Source of the DNA: Macrostomum hystrix
Lineage: Eukaryota; Animalia; Platyhelminthes
Assembly: GCA_950097015.1 (NCBI GenBank)
Contig: CATNEN010000039.1
Location: 15,872,001 to 15,936,000, forward strand
Length of the DNA: 64,000 nt
Reading direction: 5' to 3'
How positions within the stretch are numbered: the first letter of the stretch is position 1; every line of letters starts with the position of its first letter. Under the pieces are notes generated by a model, which did no database searches, had not been told where the DNA came from, and saw only the letters and a program-made list of their open reading frames with translations. Positions 12,601 through 25,257 of the stretch are shown piece after piece. The translations under genes and the position numbers were made by a program.

Positions 12601-13641
12601 ATTCACAAAGCAAGGGATAATTCACAAAGCGAGGGGATAATTCACAAAGCGAGGGATAATTCACAAAGCGAGGGGATAATTCACAAAGCGAGGGGATAAT
12701 TCACAAAGCGAGGGGATAATTCACAAAGCGAGGGGATAATTCACAAAGCAAGGGGATAATTCACAAAGCGAGGGGATAATTCACAAAGCGAGGGGATAAT
12801 TCACAAAGCGAGGAGATAATTCACAAAGCGAGGGGATAATTCACAAAGCGAGGGGATAATTCACAAAGCGAGGGGATAATTCACAAAGCGAGGGGATAAT
12901 TCACAAAGCGAGGGGATAATTCACAAAGCGAGGGGATAATTCACAAAGCGAGGGGATAATTCACAAATCGAGGGAATAATTCACAAAGCAAGGGATAATT
13001 CACAAAGCGAGGGGATAATTCACAAAGCGAGGGATAATTCACAAAGCGAGGGGATAATTCACAAAGCAAGGGGATAATTCACAAAGCGAGGGGATAATTC
13101 ACAAAGCGAGGGGATAATTCACAAAGCGAGGGGATAATTCACAAAGCGAGGAGATAATTCACAAAGCGAGGGGATAACTCACAAAGCGAGGGGATAATTC
13201 ACAAAGCGAGGGGATAATTCACAAAGCGAGGGATAATTCACAAAGCGAGGGGATAATCACAGAGTGAGGGGATAATTCACAAAGCGAGGGGATAATTCAC
13301 AAAGCGAGGAGATAATTCACAAAGCGAGGGGATAACTCACAAAGCGAGGGGATAATTCACAAAGCGAGGGGATAACTCACAAAGCGAGGGATAATTCACA
13401 AAGCGAGGGGATAATCACAGAGTGAGGGGATAATTCACAAAGCGATGGGATAATTCACAAAGCGAGGAGATAATTCACAAAGCGAGGAGATAATTCACAA
13501 AGCGAGGGGATAACTCACAAAGCGAGGGGATAATTCACAAAGCGAGGGGATAATTCACAAAGCGAGGAGATAATTCACAAAGCGAGGGGATAACTCACAA
13601 AGCGAGGGGATAATTCACAAAGCGAGGGGATAATTCACAAA
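9672..13641 (+). repeat. 20-bp satellite (taattcacaaagcgagggga)n, ~4 kb
   Basis: Tandem array seen directly, with point variants and 19-bp deletion units. Confidence 0.98.
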
Positions 13642-13649
13642 CCAAGAAT

Positions 13650-13890
13650 ATAATAATATTAATAATTAATAATAATTGATTACACCTGCCCCAATTGGGT
13701 CAGATGTGCAGCCGACAGCACAGCCGCAGCTATTGCGCGTCGCATCTGAAGGCTGCGTACAGCTGTTCAGTCCATGGACTGGGGGGACGCCACACCCACC
13801 TTCAATTATCCCAGCTGATGCTGGTACCCATTTATCAGCTGGGTGAACTGAAGCAATGCAGAGTTAAGTGTCTTGCTAAAGGACACAAAC
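13650..13890 (-). mobile_element. tRNA-derived SINE, family A (CORE-like domain), with AT-rich tail
   Basis: Reverse complement tgtgtcctttagcaagacacttaactctgcattgcttcagttcacccagctgataaatgggtacc resembles the MIR/CORE domain. It aligns with 24890-25085 and ends in an (ATT)n-like tail. Confidence 0.75.
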
Positions 13891-14391
13891 CAAGAGGATG
13901 ATGTTACGATCGAATCTAATAATTCGAAATCTAGAGATATATTTCTCGATCGAATGGGATAAGTTCTTGAATCAATGTATGGGATATCTAGCAACGTAAC
14001 GCGAAAAAGTACTAATTGAAAAAGGATAATGCACGTTTGTTTGTCATCTAGGAGAAGACTGTGTAGTGTTTCTAATTAATTACAAAGTCTCGTCGACAAA
14101 GCGAAAAATCACTGCTACCCTTGGCATTGGATGGGGTAGCATTTGTTTAAATGAGAATGCCGAGAGTTACTCTTGAATGTACTTGTAATTTCTTAGTTAT
14201 ATAATTTTTAGTTATAGTCAGGTAGGCACAATCGTTATAAGTGCCCGCATTTCTCTTTCACTCGCAGGATGTGTCTCACAGAAGGCTTTTAATTATTTCT
14301 GACACAATGTCACTGTTTTCCATTACTTTACAAATATTGAATCGAAAACGATTTCATCACAAGGAACGATGGCAACTTAGCTAGTAGATAG

Positions 14392-14910
14392 CCAGTAAAC
14401 CATAGACAATGGACCAGTAAACCATAGACAATAAACCAGTAAACCATGTAGACAATAAACCAGTACACCATAGACAATGGGTCAGTAAACCATAGACAAT
14501 GGACCAGTAAACCATAGACAATAAACCAGTAAACCATAGACAATAAACCAGTAAACCATAGACAATGGACCAGTAAACCATAGACAATAAACCAGTACAC
14601 CATGACAATGGACCAGTAAACCATAGACAATGGACCAGTAAACCATAGACAATAAACCAGTACACCATAGACAATGGACCAGTAAACCATGGACAATGGA
14701 CCAGTAAACCATAGACAATGGACCAGTAAACCATAGACAATAAACCAGTGAACCATAGACAATGGACCAGTAAACCATAGACAATGGACCAGTAAACCAT
14801 AGACAATAAACCAGTGAACCATAGACAATGGACCAGTAAACCATAGACAATGGACCAGTAAACCAAGGACAATAAACCAGTGAACCATAGACAATGGACC
14901 AGTAAACCAA
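14392..14910 (+). repeat. 22-bp minisatellite (accagtaaaccatagacaatgg / ...caataa)n
   Basis: Tandem array seen directly; it explains the hydrophobic ORFs at 14328-15185. Confidence 0.95.
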
Positions 14911-16151
14911 AAACAATTGACAATTGGGATGATATCAAGGTTACTGAGGACCCATGTACCTATCATCGCAAGTAATTTAGTAAAAACAGCTTTCAAACAT
15001 TTGTCGTCAAGCAACAGTGATTCTAACGCTATAGGTCCTTTTTTCAGGATAAAGGGGGAAGGATGACACAGTTTTGTCACGCCATGGGAGAGTAAATAGC
15101 CTGTTGATTGACTATGCTTAGTAAACGCTTTTTGTCTAAGAAATAATCGATGATAGAAGGATGCATAGCGTTGATGAGACAGCAATTAAGAGCACTTTAA
15201 TAGGTGACTAAAATTGAGTAGCTGAGTGGCATGGTACGAAATGTTTGCCAATGCAGATCTCGCTAATAACAGAAGGTTTGAAACATGTTCCGGATGGGAA
15301 CAGTAATAGTACTAATAATATACTAATAATAGTACTTTCACTATTGGAGAATTGATAATGCTATTCTGACTAATTCACATTTTAATAAGAAAGAACTAAT
15401 ACGAGCTACCATATTGATTATAATGTTTTACTGAGTAGTTCGCTCGCAAAGTGAAGACATTTATTTTGTGGCTCCAAATATTATGGACAAGATTCAATCG
15501 AATCTCACCTGGTCATTTGTTGCAAACGTTTCGCTGTCGACCCAGCCGACAAATCATTGCATCTAGACATTTGATGCGAGGTGAGCTTGAGTTTACTTCT
15601 ATCTCAGAAAAATCAATCGATTGATCATTAACTGCTAGAGCTAGTTCCTATATCGCCATACGCACGCATATGAACAGAATGACGTTTTTAAATGTAAACT
15701 GCGTTTAAGAAGCCATTTACCAATTGGACCAGGTGGAGCAGAAATAGGTGGAAATTTAGGCACAGCCAATCAGACACCAAACAATGCCAAGGGTTAGCAT
15801 TGGGATATCAAAAGCTGCATCCTTCTGTTCTCATGGTCCGCCCAGCACACCCAATTATTCTGTCTGTGAAATATCATAGTTTGAGTTTTCGCCGGACTCA
15901 GATAGCTAAAGTCCCATGCATAATGCAGGACCTTCACACGAATGACTGCCTGCCATATTAGTGCAATGAGAAGTAACTCTATTGTTCTGCATATTCTCTT
16001 TGCAGCAATTCTTCAGTTGCGTGTTTGAACTAATAATGTCTAAAAATGTAGCCATATCCGAATTGAGCAGAATCAATAGATGGGCTAAGAATTGAGTTTT
16101 AGATGCAGGTAGAAGCTTGTGTTGTTACAAAGAATATTGTAACTCGAGTCA

Positions 16152-16515
16152 CAGTAGAAAGACAATTGGGGGGGCATTTCAAATGCCCCATTTTTTTTTC
16201 AGAACCCAATAAAAAACTTAACCAATCGCCATAAAAAAGCAGAAAATGGTCTAAAACCCGAACTATTCAACGAAACAAACTTTTCTGCATACAAAATTAA
16301 ATAACAATATCTGCTATAATTGTCTATTTTTCATATTTATATCATTGAACGAATATGGATTAACCATAGAGGTTCATACAGAGCAATGCGACTTGTCCTT
16401 GTCACAAGGGTCTCAAGGGTCTTCTACAAGAATGGCTGAATACCTCGACGATGCTGGCATCGGACGGCTTTGAAAGTTGGTTGATTGTAAAAGTTGGAAA
16501 GTTTTCTTTCTACTG
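16152..16515 (+). mobile_element. Non-autonomous DNA transposon (MITE) with TIRs cagtagaaag...ctttctactg
   Basis: 10-bp perfect terminal inverted repeats; internal 16345-16490 is similar to 26113-26250. Confidence 0.75.
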
Positions 16516-16877
16516 TTAATATTAAGGTAGAACCAGTGTGCATTAAAGTACATTAAACCAGCGTGTTAAAATTCGCTTAAATTAAACGCATCACTCATAT
16601 ACCATGAAAAATAGGGACTAACGTGTCCCTATCACACAACGCTGAGATCTGTAAGCAGATTACATAAAAGCCAGAAGCTAATGGTCGCTTAATTATCACC
16701 TGCGGTCTTGCAGTCCGTATCCAAGGTATTATAGACCCAGTGATAAGGCAACTTATACTATAGCCTTTCAAGCCAAAATTTGCGTCAAAATTTGCGTCAT
16801 TCAGAACAGCTAGCCACAATAGCCTACTGGAACCAGCTAAAAAGCACTCAAAATCTCGAGAGCAAACGCTGAAAAAT

Positions 16878-17956
16878 ATGTCCAGCTGCGATGTGATTAA
16901 TGCAGACGATGTCAGCTGCCAGATCTGCAGCGAGGAGATGAAACGACCGACCTCCTTGAACTGCCAGCACACGTTCTGTCTGGAGTGTCTGAAGAAATGG
17001 CACAGAAGCTCAGGCCAGTTTGTGTGCCCAGTGTGCCGACAGGTGACGCCGAAGCTGCCGGAGCAGCTGTCTCAAAATCTGGCCATGGTCAAGCTGATCG
17101 AGGCCAGGCGAATGCTTGAAGCGGAGAGAATCGTCAGCCAACTGCCGAGGAGCTGCAACAAGTTCGTGAGCAGTCCTCGGAGGCGGCGCGTGAAGCAAAG
17201 GAGAAGCTCGACAGAGTCTAGCGCTGCCTGTCGGATGTCGAGTCGAAGCTGCTCCAAGCGGTGGCAGCGCAGTGGGACCGGGCCGAGAACTCACTGGGCT
17301 CTCTCGTGAGGCATCACGAGCAGCGAGCCAGGTGGGCAGCCGAGGCCGAGCAGGTGAGGCGGGCTGTTTTCCAAGGTGGCACATTCGACGACGCGAAACA
17401 TGTTCTCGCTGCATCGCCACGGACGCCACCGTCAGAATTTCTGAGAATCAGAGAGGATGGCGAAGAGTTTGCAGACAAACTGACAGCCATTTTTGCCTCC
17501 CAGTTGACGAAACTGCTGATGACTGAGAGGTAGGTTGAATTAGAATCTTATCCAATAAGTGACTGCACACGTTTCCATCGCGACTACGAATAATTTCGTA
17601 GAGGAGATGGTCAGAGGCAACAGCAGCGACAAGAAATTCAATGTCTGCTAGTTCAACAGAAAGAACAGCCAGTGCCACAGCAAACAAAACAGCAGCAGCA
17701 GCTACAAGGACAGCGGTACCAACTACAAGAATTGCAAATGCACCAGCAAGAGAGTCACAGACGACAGGAGATAAGCACGAAGGAGCTACGGCCAGCGAAC
17801 CGAATCAACTTATCCATGCCAGCAGAACCGGATTCCCGGCTCTACACTTCCACGTCAAGACCTGCGGCCGAACCAAATAAAAGCCTGCCATCGCTGCCGC
17901 CGATTCGGCCCGAAACACATTCAAGAAATCGACCAAATCCGCATGCAAACCAATGA
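16878..17956 (+). pseudogene. RING-HC/coiled-coil (TRIM-like, no B-box) E3 ligase paralog 1, disrupted
   Basis: C3HC4 RING CQICSEEMKRPTSLNCQHTFCLECL...CPVC. Relative to paralog 2 it has a 7-bp deletion at ~17147 and CAG>TAG at 17219-17221. Ancestral structure: exon to 17529, intron 17530-17601, Q-rich exon 17602-17956. Confidence 0.8.
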
Positions 17957-18021
17957 ACGGTACGCTTGCCTCGAAACTAAGATTGCCAAAGCTTACCAAC
18001 GATCAAGACATGTTAGAATTA

Positions 18022-18212
18022 AGGAGCTGAGTGGAAAAAGCGGTTTAAGGTTCGCATTAAGGTTCCACGGCTTTTCGAAAAATTAACGCCTTTGAGGGAC
18101 AACCTGCAAGGCGTTGTTAGTGTTCGCACTTCCTGACGATGAGAAAGTCAGGGCAAGTGTACGCTCGTACACTCCTGTGTGAGTGTGTACTCAGGAGTCA
18201 GCAGAATGGGAA
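18022..18212 (+). mobile_element. SINE-like family B copy with tRNA-like head
   Basis: A-box-like gagctgagtgg and B-box-like ggttcgcatt precede the shared cctgacgatgagaaagtcagg...ctcaggagtcagc body. Confidence 0.6.
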
Positions 18213-18559
18213 ACAGACACCAAATTGCCCACCGCGACAGCAGATTTACCGCATTACTTTAAAAGGCCATGCAGTTTACACAGAATGATAATTTCGTATT
18301 TTTTGCTTTCCATGATGTTAAAGGCATAAATTAGCATATTGTACGAGTTTCACATTTGTTGTCAAATCTATTGTTTTATCTATCACTCATTTTGCTAATT
18401 TGTAAATTGTGGTGAAATATGCATTGTATAGTCATGTTCATTCACGATAATTTAGAATTCGACAAGCTAATTGGTCTGTAATATGGGCTAAAATATACGG
18501 TGCGCAATGCCTCTTAATCTACTCCATGGAGCTTTTCTAAACCTTCTTGACACAGATTT

Positions 18560-19560
18560 ATCCCTTTGTCTCATCTCTCCCGTTTCTCATCTCTCCCGTG
18601 TCTCATCCCTCCTGTGTCTCATCTCTCCCGTGTCTCATCTCTCCCCTGTCTCATCTCTCCACTGTCTCATCTCTCCCGTGTCTCATCTCTCCCGTGTCTC
18701 ATCTCTCCCGTGTCTCATCTCTCCCGTGTCTCATCTCTCCCGTGTCTAATCTCTCCCGTGTCTCATCTCTCCCGCGTCTCATCTCTCCCGCGTCTCATCT
18801 TTCCTTTTCTCATCTCTCCTGTGTCTCATCTCTCCCCTGTCTCATCTCTCACCTGTCTCATCTTCCACCTGTCCCATCTCTCCCGCGTCCCATCCCTCCT
18901 GTATCTCATCTCTCCCGTGTCTCATCCCTCCTGTGTCTCATCTCTCCCGTGTCTCATCCCTCCTGTGTCTCATCTCTCCCGTGTCTCATCCCTCCTGTGT
19001 CTCATCTCTCCCGTGTCTCATCCCTCCCGTGTCTCATCCCTCCTGTGTCTCATCTCTCCCGTGTCTCATCTCTCCCGTGTCTCATGTCTCCCGTGTCCCA
19101 TCCCTCCTGTGTCTCATGTCTCCCTTGTCTCATCTCTCCCTTGTCTCATCTCTCCCGCGTCTCATCTCTCCCGTGTCTCATCCCTCCTGTGTCTCATCTC
19201 TCCCGTGTCTCATCTCTCCCATGTCTCATTTCTCCCGTGTCTCATCCCTCCTGTGTCTCATCTCTCCCGTGTCTCATCTCTCCCGTGTCTCATCTCTCCC
19301 GTGTCTCATCTCTCCCGTGTCTCATCTCTCCCGTGTCTCATCTCTCCCGTGTCTCATCTCTCCCGTATCTCATCTCTCCCGTGTCTCATCTCTCCCGTGT
19401 CTCATCTCTCCCATGTCTCATCTCTCCCGTGTCTCATCCCTCCTGTGTCTCATCTCTTCCGTGTCTCATCTCTCCCGTGTCTCATCTCTCCCGTGTCTGA
19501 TCCCTCCTGTGTCTCATCTTTCACCTGTCCCATCTCCCCTGCGTCCCATCTCTCCCATGT
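18560..19560 (+). repeat. 16-bp pyrimidine-rich satellite (tctcatctctcccgtg)n, small array
   Basis: Tandem array seen directly; same family as 34675-44430. Confidence 0.97.
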
Positions 19561-20187
19561 CTTATAGGATTTAAAAATTTGAGATGAGCATATTTTAGAA
19601 TAACTAAAAACATAAAAAGTTGCAATCAAATAATTGTAAAAGTAAAAAAATTCTGCTTATAGTGTTTTTGTCGCTAAACGAAGGTTCATTGTGTTGGCTG
19701 TATTGGAAATTTCAAAATCAGGAATTCTATTATAGCAAGATTAAAAAAGGTAAACAGCAAGACTAACGAACACGGGCCTGCCAAGTACGCCTCTAGATGT
19801 CTCTGATGTACAGTTAACTGGCACTGACACGGGCATGGCGAAAAGAATATCAGTTAGCTTTCATGACGTTGATGTACACTCTATAGGCTAGTTTAAACCC
19901 TCACTTTTACTCGTAAACCCTCACGCGTTCAATTCCTTTCATCTCTCTCTAAACTGCGTACAAACTTCATGTAATTTTACCCCGAAGAATGCACAGGAGA
20001 AGAGAGGCTGTGCCATAAGCTGGGGTGTGAGATTGAAACTGAAAATGAACAGCGCTAAACACATCGCGGAAATATTAAGGTGTTCATGACTAGCATAAAA
20101 GCAACAGTGATGTGCAATAATTTTTCTAGCCTTTATTTAGAACACAACTCAAGTTTAGGCTAAAATTTTACAGAACAGACCGAAAAA

Positions 20188-23100
20188 ATGTCAGAGCTGA
20201 GATCTGTGATTAATGAGAACGACGTCAGTTGCCCGATCTGCCGAGAGGAGATGAAGCGACCGACCTCCTTGAACTGCCAGCACACATTCTGCCTGGATTG
20301 TCTGAAGAGCTTGCACAGGAGCACAGGCCGGCTGCAATGTCCTAACTGTCGAGAAATGACGCCGAAGCTGCCGGAACAGCTGCCTCAAAATCTGGCTATG
20401 GTCAAGCTGATCGAGGCCAGGCGGATGCTCAGGGCGAGGCGAGTCGCAAGCAAGCTGCCGACTGTCGAGGAGCTGCAACAAGTTCGTGAGCAGTCCTCGG
20501 AGGCGGCGCGTGAAGCAAAGGAGAAGCTCGACAGAGTCCAGCGCTGCCTGTCGGATGTCGAGTCGAAGCTGCTCCAAGCGGTGGCAGCGCAGTGGGACCG
20601 GGCCGAGAACTCACTGGGCTCTCTCGTGAGGCATCACGAGCAGCGAGCCAGGTGGGCAGCCGAGGCCGAGCAGGTGAGGCGGGCAGCCGAACAGACAACC
20701 GACGGTCCGCTTCCCAGCTTGGCCAAGCCGGAAGCACCGACTGAGCCGACTGTGGAGAGCCTGACACTGCGCGACGATGGCGAGTTGTTTGCAGCCGAGC
20801 TTGCCGCTCAATTTGCTGCTGAGTTGAGCAAGCTTCTGTCCCCGCCGGCCACTGCGGCGGCAGCTGCTGATGCTTCGTCAACAAGCAAACAAGCAAAAGA
20901 AGCACCTGATGCGTGAGTCTGCTCAAGTTGTTTTCCTTAGCTAGCAGTTCAGAGTTAACATAGGAGAGACCACACTGTATTTAACCTCTTGGGAGAGACC
21001 ACTCTATATTTAACCTCTTGGGAAAGACCACTCTATATTTAACCTCTTGGGAAAGAGCACTCTATATTTAACCTCTTGGGAAAGACCACTCTATATTTAA
21101 CCTCTTGGGAAAGACCACTCTATATTTAACCTCTTGGGAGAGACCACTCTATATTTAACCTCTTGGGAAAGACCACTCTATATTTAACCTCTTGGGAAAG
21201 ACCACTCTATATTTAACCTCTTGGCAGAGACCACTCTATATTTAACCTCTTGGGAAAGACCACTCTATATTTAACCTCTTGGGAAAGACCACTCTATATT
21301 TGACCTCTTGGGAAAGACCACACTATATTTAACCTCTTGGGAAAGACCACTCTATATTTAACCTCTTGGGAAAGACCACTCTATATTTACCCTCTTGGGA
21401 AAGACCACTCTATATTTAACCTCTTGGGAGAGACCACTCTATATTTAACCTCTTGGGAAAGACCACTCTATATTTAACCTCTTGGGAAAGACCACTCTAT
21501 ATTTAACCTCTTGGGAGAGACCACTCTATATTTAACCTCTTGGGAAAGACCACTCTATATTTGACCTCTTGGGAAAGACCACACTATATTTAACCTCTTG
21601 GGAAAGACCACTCTATATTTAACCTCTTGGGAAAGACCACTCTATATTTAACCTCTTGGGAAAGACCACTCTATATTTACCCTCTTGGGAAAGACCACTC
21701 TATATTTAACCTCTTGGGAAAGACCACTCTATATTTAACCTCTTGGCAGAGACCACTCTATATTTAACCTCTTGGGAAAGACCACTCTATATTTAACCTC
21801 TTGGGAAAGACCACTCTATATTTGACCTCTTGGGAAAGACCACTCTATATTTGACCTCTTGGGAAAGACCACACTATATTTAAACTCTTGGGAAAGACCA
21901 CTCTATATTTAACCTCTTGGGAGAGACCAATCTATATTTAACCTCTTGGGAAAGACCACTCTATATTTAACCTCTTGGGAGAGACCACTCTATATTTAAC
22001 CTCTTGGGAGAGACCAATCTATATTTAACCTCTTGGGAAAGACCACTCTATATTTAACCTCTTGGGAGAGACCACTCTATATTTAACCTCTTGGGAGAGA
22101 CCACACTATATTTAATCTCTTGGGAGAGACCACTCTATATTTAACCTCTTGGGAGAGACCACACTATATTTAATCTCTTGGGAGAGACCACTCTATATTT
22201 AACCTCTTGGGAAAGACCACTCTATATTTAACCTCTTGGGAAAGACCACTCTATATTTAACCTCTTGGGAGAGACCACACTATATTTAATCTCTTGGGAG
22301 AGACCACTCTATATTTAACCTCTTGGGAGAGACCACACTATATTTAATCTCTTGGGAGAGACCACTCTATATTTAACCTCTTGGGAAAGACCACTCTATA
22401 TTTAACCTCTTGGGAGAGACCACTCTATATTTAACCTCTTGGGAGAGACCACTCTATATTTAACCTCTTGGGAGAGACCACTCTATATTTAACCTCTTGG
22501 GAAAGACCACTCTATATTTAACCTCTTGGGAGAGACCAATCTATATTTAACCTCTTGGGAAAGACCACTCTATATTTAACCTCTTGGGAGAGACCACTCT
22601 ATATTTAACCTCTTGGGAGAGACCAATCTATATTTAACCTCTTGGGAGAGACCACTCTATATTTAATCTCTTGGGAGAGACCACTCTATATTTAACCTCT
22701 TGGGAAAGACCACTCTATATTTAACCTCTTGGGAGAGACCACTCTATATTTAACCTCTTGGGAGAGACCACTCTATATTTAACCTCTTGGGAGAGACCAC
22801 TCTATATTTAACCTCTTGGGAAAGACCACTCTATATTTAACCTCTTGGGAGAGACCACTCTATATTTAACCTCTTGGGAAAGACCACACTATATTTAACC
22901 TCTTGGGAAAGACCACTCTATATTTAACCTCTTGGGAGAGACCACTCTATATTTAACCTCTTGGGAAAGACCACACTATATTTAACCTCTTGGGAAAGAC
23001 CACTCTATATTTAACCTCTTGGGAAAGACCACTCTATATTTAACCTCTTGGGAGAGACCACTCTATATTTAACCTCTTGGGAGAGACCACACTATATTTA

Positions 23101-24152
23101 ATCTCTTGGGAGAGACCACTCTATATTTAACCTCTTGGGAAAGACCACTCTATATTTAACCTCTTGGGAAAGACCACTCTATATTTAACCTCTTGGGAAA
23201 GACCACTCTATATTTGACCTCTTGGGAGAGACCACTCTATATTTAACCTCTTGGGAGAGACCAATCTATATTTAACCTCTTGGGAAAGACCACTCTATAT
23301 TTAACCTCTTGGGAGAGACCACTCTATATTTAACCTCTTGGGAGAGACCACTCTATATTTAACCTCTTGGGAAAGACCACTCTATATTTAACCTCTTGGG
23401 AAAGACCACTCTATATTTAACCTCTTGGGAGAGACCACTCTATATTTAACCTCTTGGGAAAGACCACTCTATATTTAACCTCTTGGGAAAGACCACTCTA
23501 TATTTAACCTCTTGGGAGAGACCACTCTATATTTAACCTCTTGGGAGAGACCACTCTATATTTAACCTCTTGGGAAAGACCACTCTATATTTAACCTCTT
23601 GGGAAAGACCACTCTATATTTAACCTCTTGGGAAAGACCACTCTATATTTAACCTCTTGGGAAAGACCACTCTATATTTAACCTCTTGGGAAAGACCACT
23701 CTATATTTAACCTCTTGGGAAAGACCACTCTATATTTAACCTCTTGGGAGAGACCACTCTATATTTAACCTCTTGGGAGAGACCAAAAGACAGACCTTTT
23801 AGGAAGTCATTGTTTGGGGTGTTTATTTCAGGTTTTTTCCTTGTGGATAGAGCAATTGACTTACGACCAAGATGTCTGGAGTTCAAACCTAAGCTCCATT
23901 CTCCTTCGCTTCAGTTCAGCCTGTAGTAGAATGTGTGTCAGCATTAGCTGGAGTAGAAATTAGGGTGCGTGTGACAGCCTCCCACGCGTCCATGGACTCA
24001 ACAGTAACTCATTGATAGACATAGCGTTTCTTTGTAACTTCAGCGACAGCTCAATTCAGCAGCCGGGTGATCAGCAGCAACCGCAGTCACAGCGGCGACC
24101 TGAGCGAGTTAAACGTGTCTTGGTACTCAAATACAAGCCCAGGTTGGATTGA
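20188..24152 (+). CDS. RING-HC/coiled-coil (TRIM-like, no B-box) putative E3 ligase paralog 2, intact
   Basis: Exon 1 20188-20912: RING CPICREEMKRPTSLNCQHTFCLDCL...CPNC, then NLAMVKLIE and a helical coiled-coil. A phase-2 donor gc|gtgagt matches the phase of the paralog 1 intron. Candidate exon 2 is 24044-24152 (ttcag|cgacagc, DSSIQQPGDQQQPQSQRR...LD*). Exon 2 is less certain; the unspliced ORF ends at 20916. Confidence 0.8.
20965..23785 (+). repeat. 29-bp satellite (gaccactctatatttaacctcttggga[a/g]a)n, ~2.8 kb
   Basis: Tandem array seen directly; probably intronic to RING paralog 2. Confidence 0.98.
23845..24005 (+). mobile_element. Degenerate family A SINE with tRNA-like head
   Basis: ggatagagc...ggagttcaaacc (A/B-box like), followed by gcttcagttca and gtccatggactcaacag, shared with the family A copies. 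Confidence 0.5.
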
Positions 24153-24834
24153 TTGGAAAAATACATCAACGACACCCAAGACTTCAATAATCTGATTGTT
24201 CTGATTTTCAGCTTAATTCTGTGAGAAATGATTTCTACAATTAGATTATTATCGAATTTACTTTCACACAGAACCACAAATTCTAACAAACATTTTTATC
24301 AAATACGAGGGGTGTTTCAAAAGTAACGAGCATGCTAACAACGGTAAATAGCGTTTATATGCTCATTCTAGATAAAGTACGGTGTTTTATTGAGTGGAAC
24401 ATTGATTCTAACAAGCGTAAACAAATCATCGTAACGCAATTTAAATAAGAAATGTACTTTTAAAGATTTCAATAACGTTTGCGTTTGAAAATTAAGAAAA
24501 ATTCCTGTTAAATAGGCGTATTTAAATTTGTAAAAATGTAACAAAGGGAATTAGTTAACTCACTCCACTCTACTAATATATCGAGAGTAGCATTGTATGT
24601 GCTTTATCACACAACAATCTTGGAGTTGTGCAAAGGTGCACTGTAACAAAATATACTGGATAATAATGTGATTATACAATACAACTAAGCTTGTGTGGTA
24701 CCTAAGTGCTTTTTCATTTAAAGAAAGTTTTTTAAATATATAATTTATGCGACTCCAAATTTACAGATATTGACATCTAAAATCTTTGCGTTTGAAATCT
24801 TTAGGCAGAACTAAATAATTTTTTTGTGAACCAT

Positions 24835-25095
24835 CGAACTCGCGACTTGACAGTTAGGGGTTCGATTTCCGACTCCGCTAAAACAGTTTGTGCTCTTCAG
24901 CACGCCACTTAACTCTGCATTGCTTTAGTTCACGCAGCTGTTAAACGGGTAAAAAGCATTGGCTCAGGTGGGTGTGTCGTCCCCCAGTCCATGGACTGAA
25001 CAGCCGTACGCAGCTTTCAGATGCGCCGCGCAATAGCTGCGGCTGTGCTGTCGGCTGCACATCTGACCCGATGGGGCAGGTGTAATAAATTATGT
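24835..25095 (+). mobile_element. tRNA-derived SINE, family A copy
   Basis: B-box-like gggttcgatttcc, CORE-like cacttaactctgcattgct, and a 3' body that is a near-identical inversion of 13680-13800. Confidence 0.78.
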
Positions 25096-25257
25096 TGTGT
25101 TATTAAGTAGTAGAACAGAAAATTAATTTTACCTAACCCAGCAAGGTCAGACGTACAGCCAGTGGCCACACAGCTGCTATGCCTCCCAGTTGATTAAAGT
25201 AGACAACAATCGTACAACAAGTTCAACATTAAGTCCGAGGTAACTGTTTCCGTTTGA

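Noticed and set aside
14328-15185. Hydrophobic membrane-protein-like ORFs
   Set aside because: Translation of the 22-bp minisatellite.
18131-18152. Hammerhead ribozyme
   Set aside because: CTGACGA and GAAA are only 3 nt apart, leaving no stem II, and the core is not kept in all copies.
20035-20044. ISRE-like GAAACTGAAA upstream of RING paralog 2
   Set aside because: The same 10-mer occurs in a NAGLU intron (~61008), so chance is sufficient, and it is not seen before paralog 1.
9672-23785. CRISPR-like appearance of the 20-bp and 29-bp arrays
   Set aside because: Head-to-tail units with no unique spacers, no cas genes, and a eukaryotic context.
23845-23890. tRNA gene
   Set aside because: Only degenerate A/B boxes leading into SINE body; no cloverleaf.
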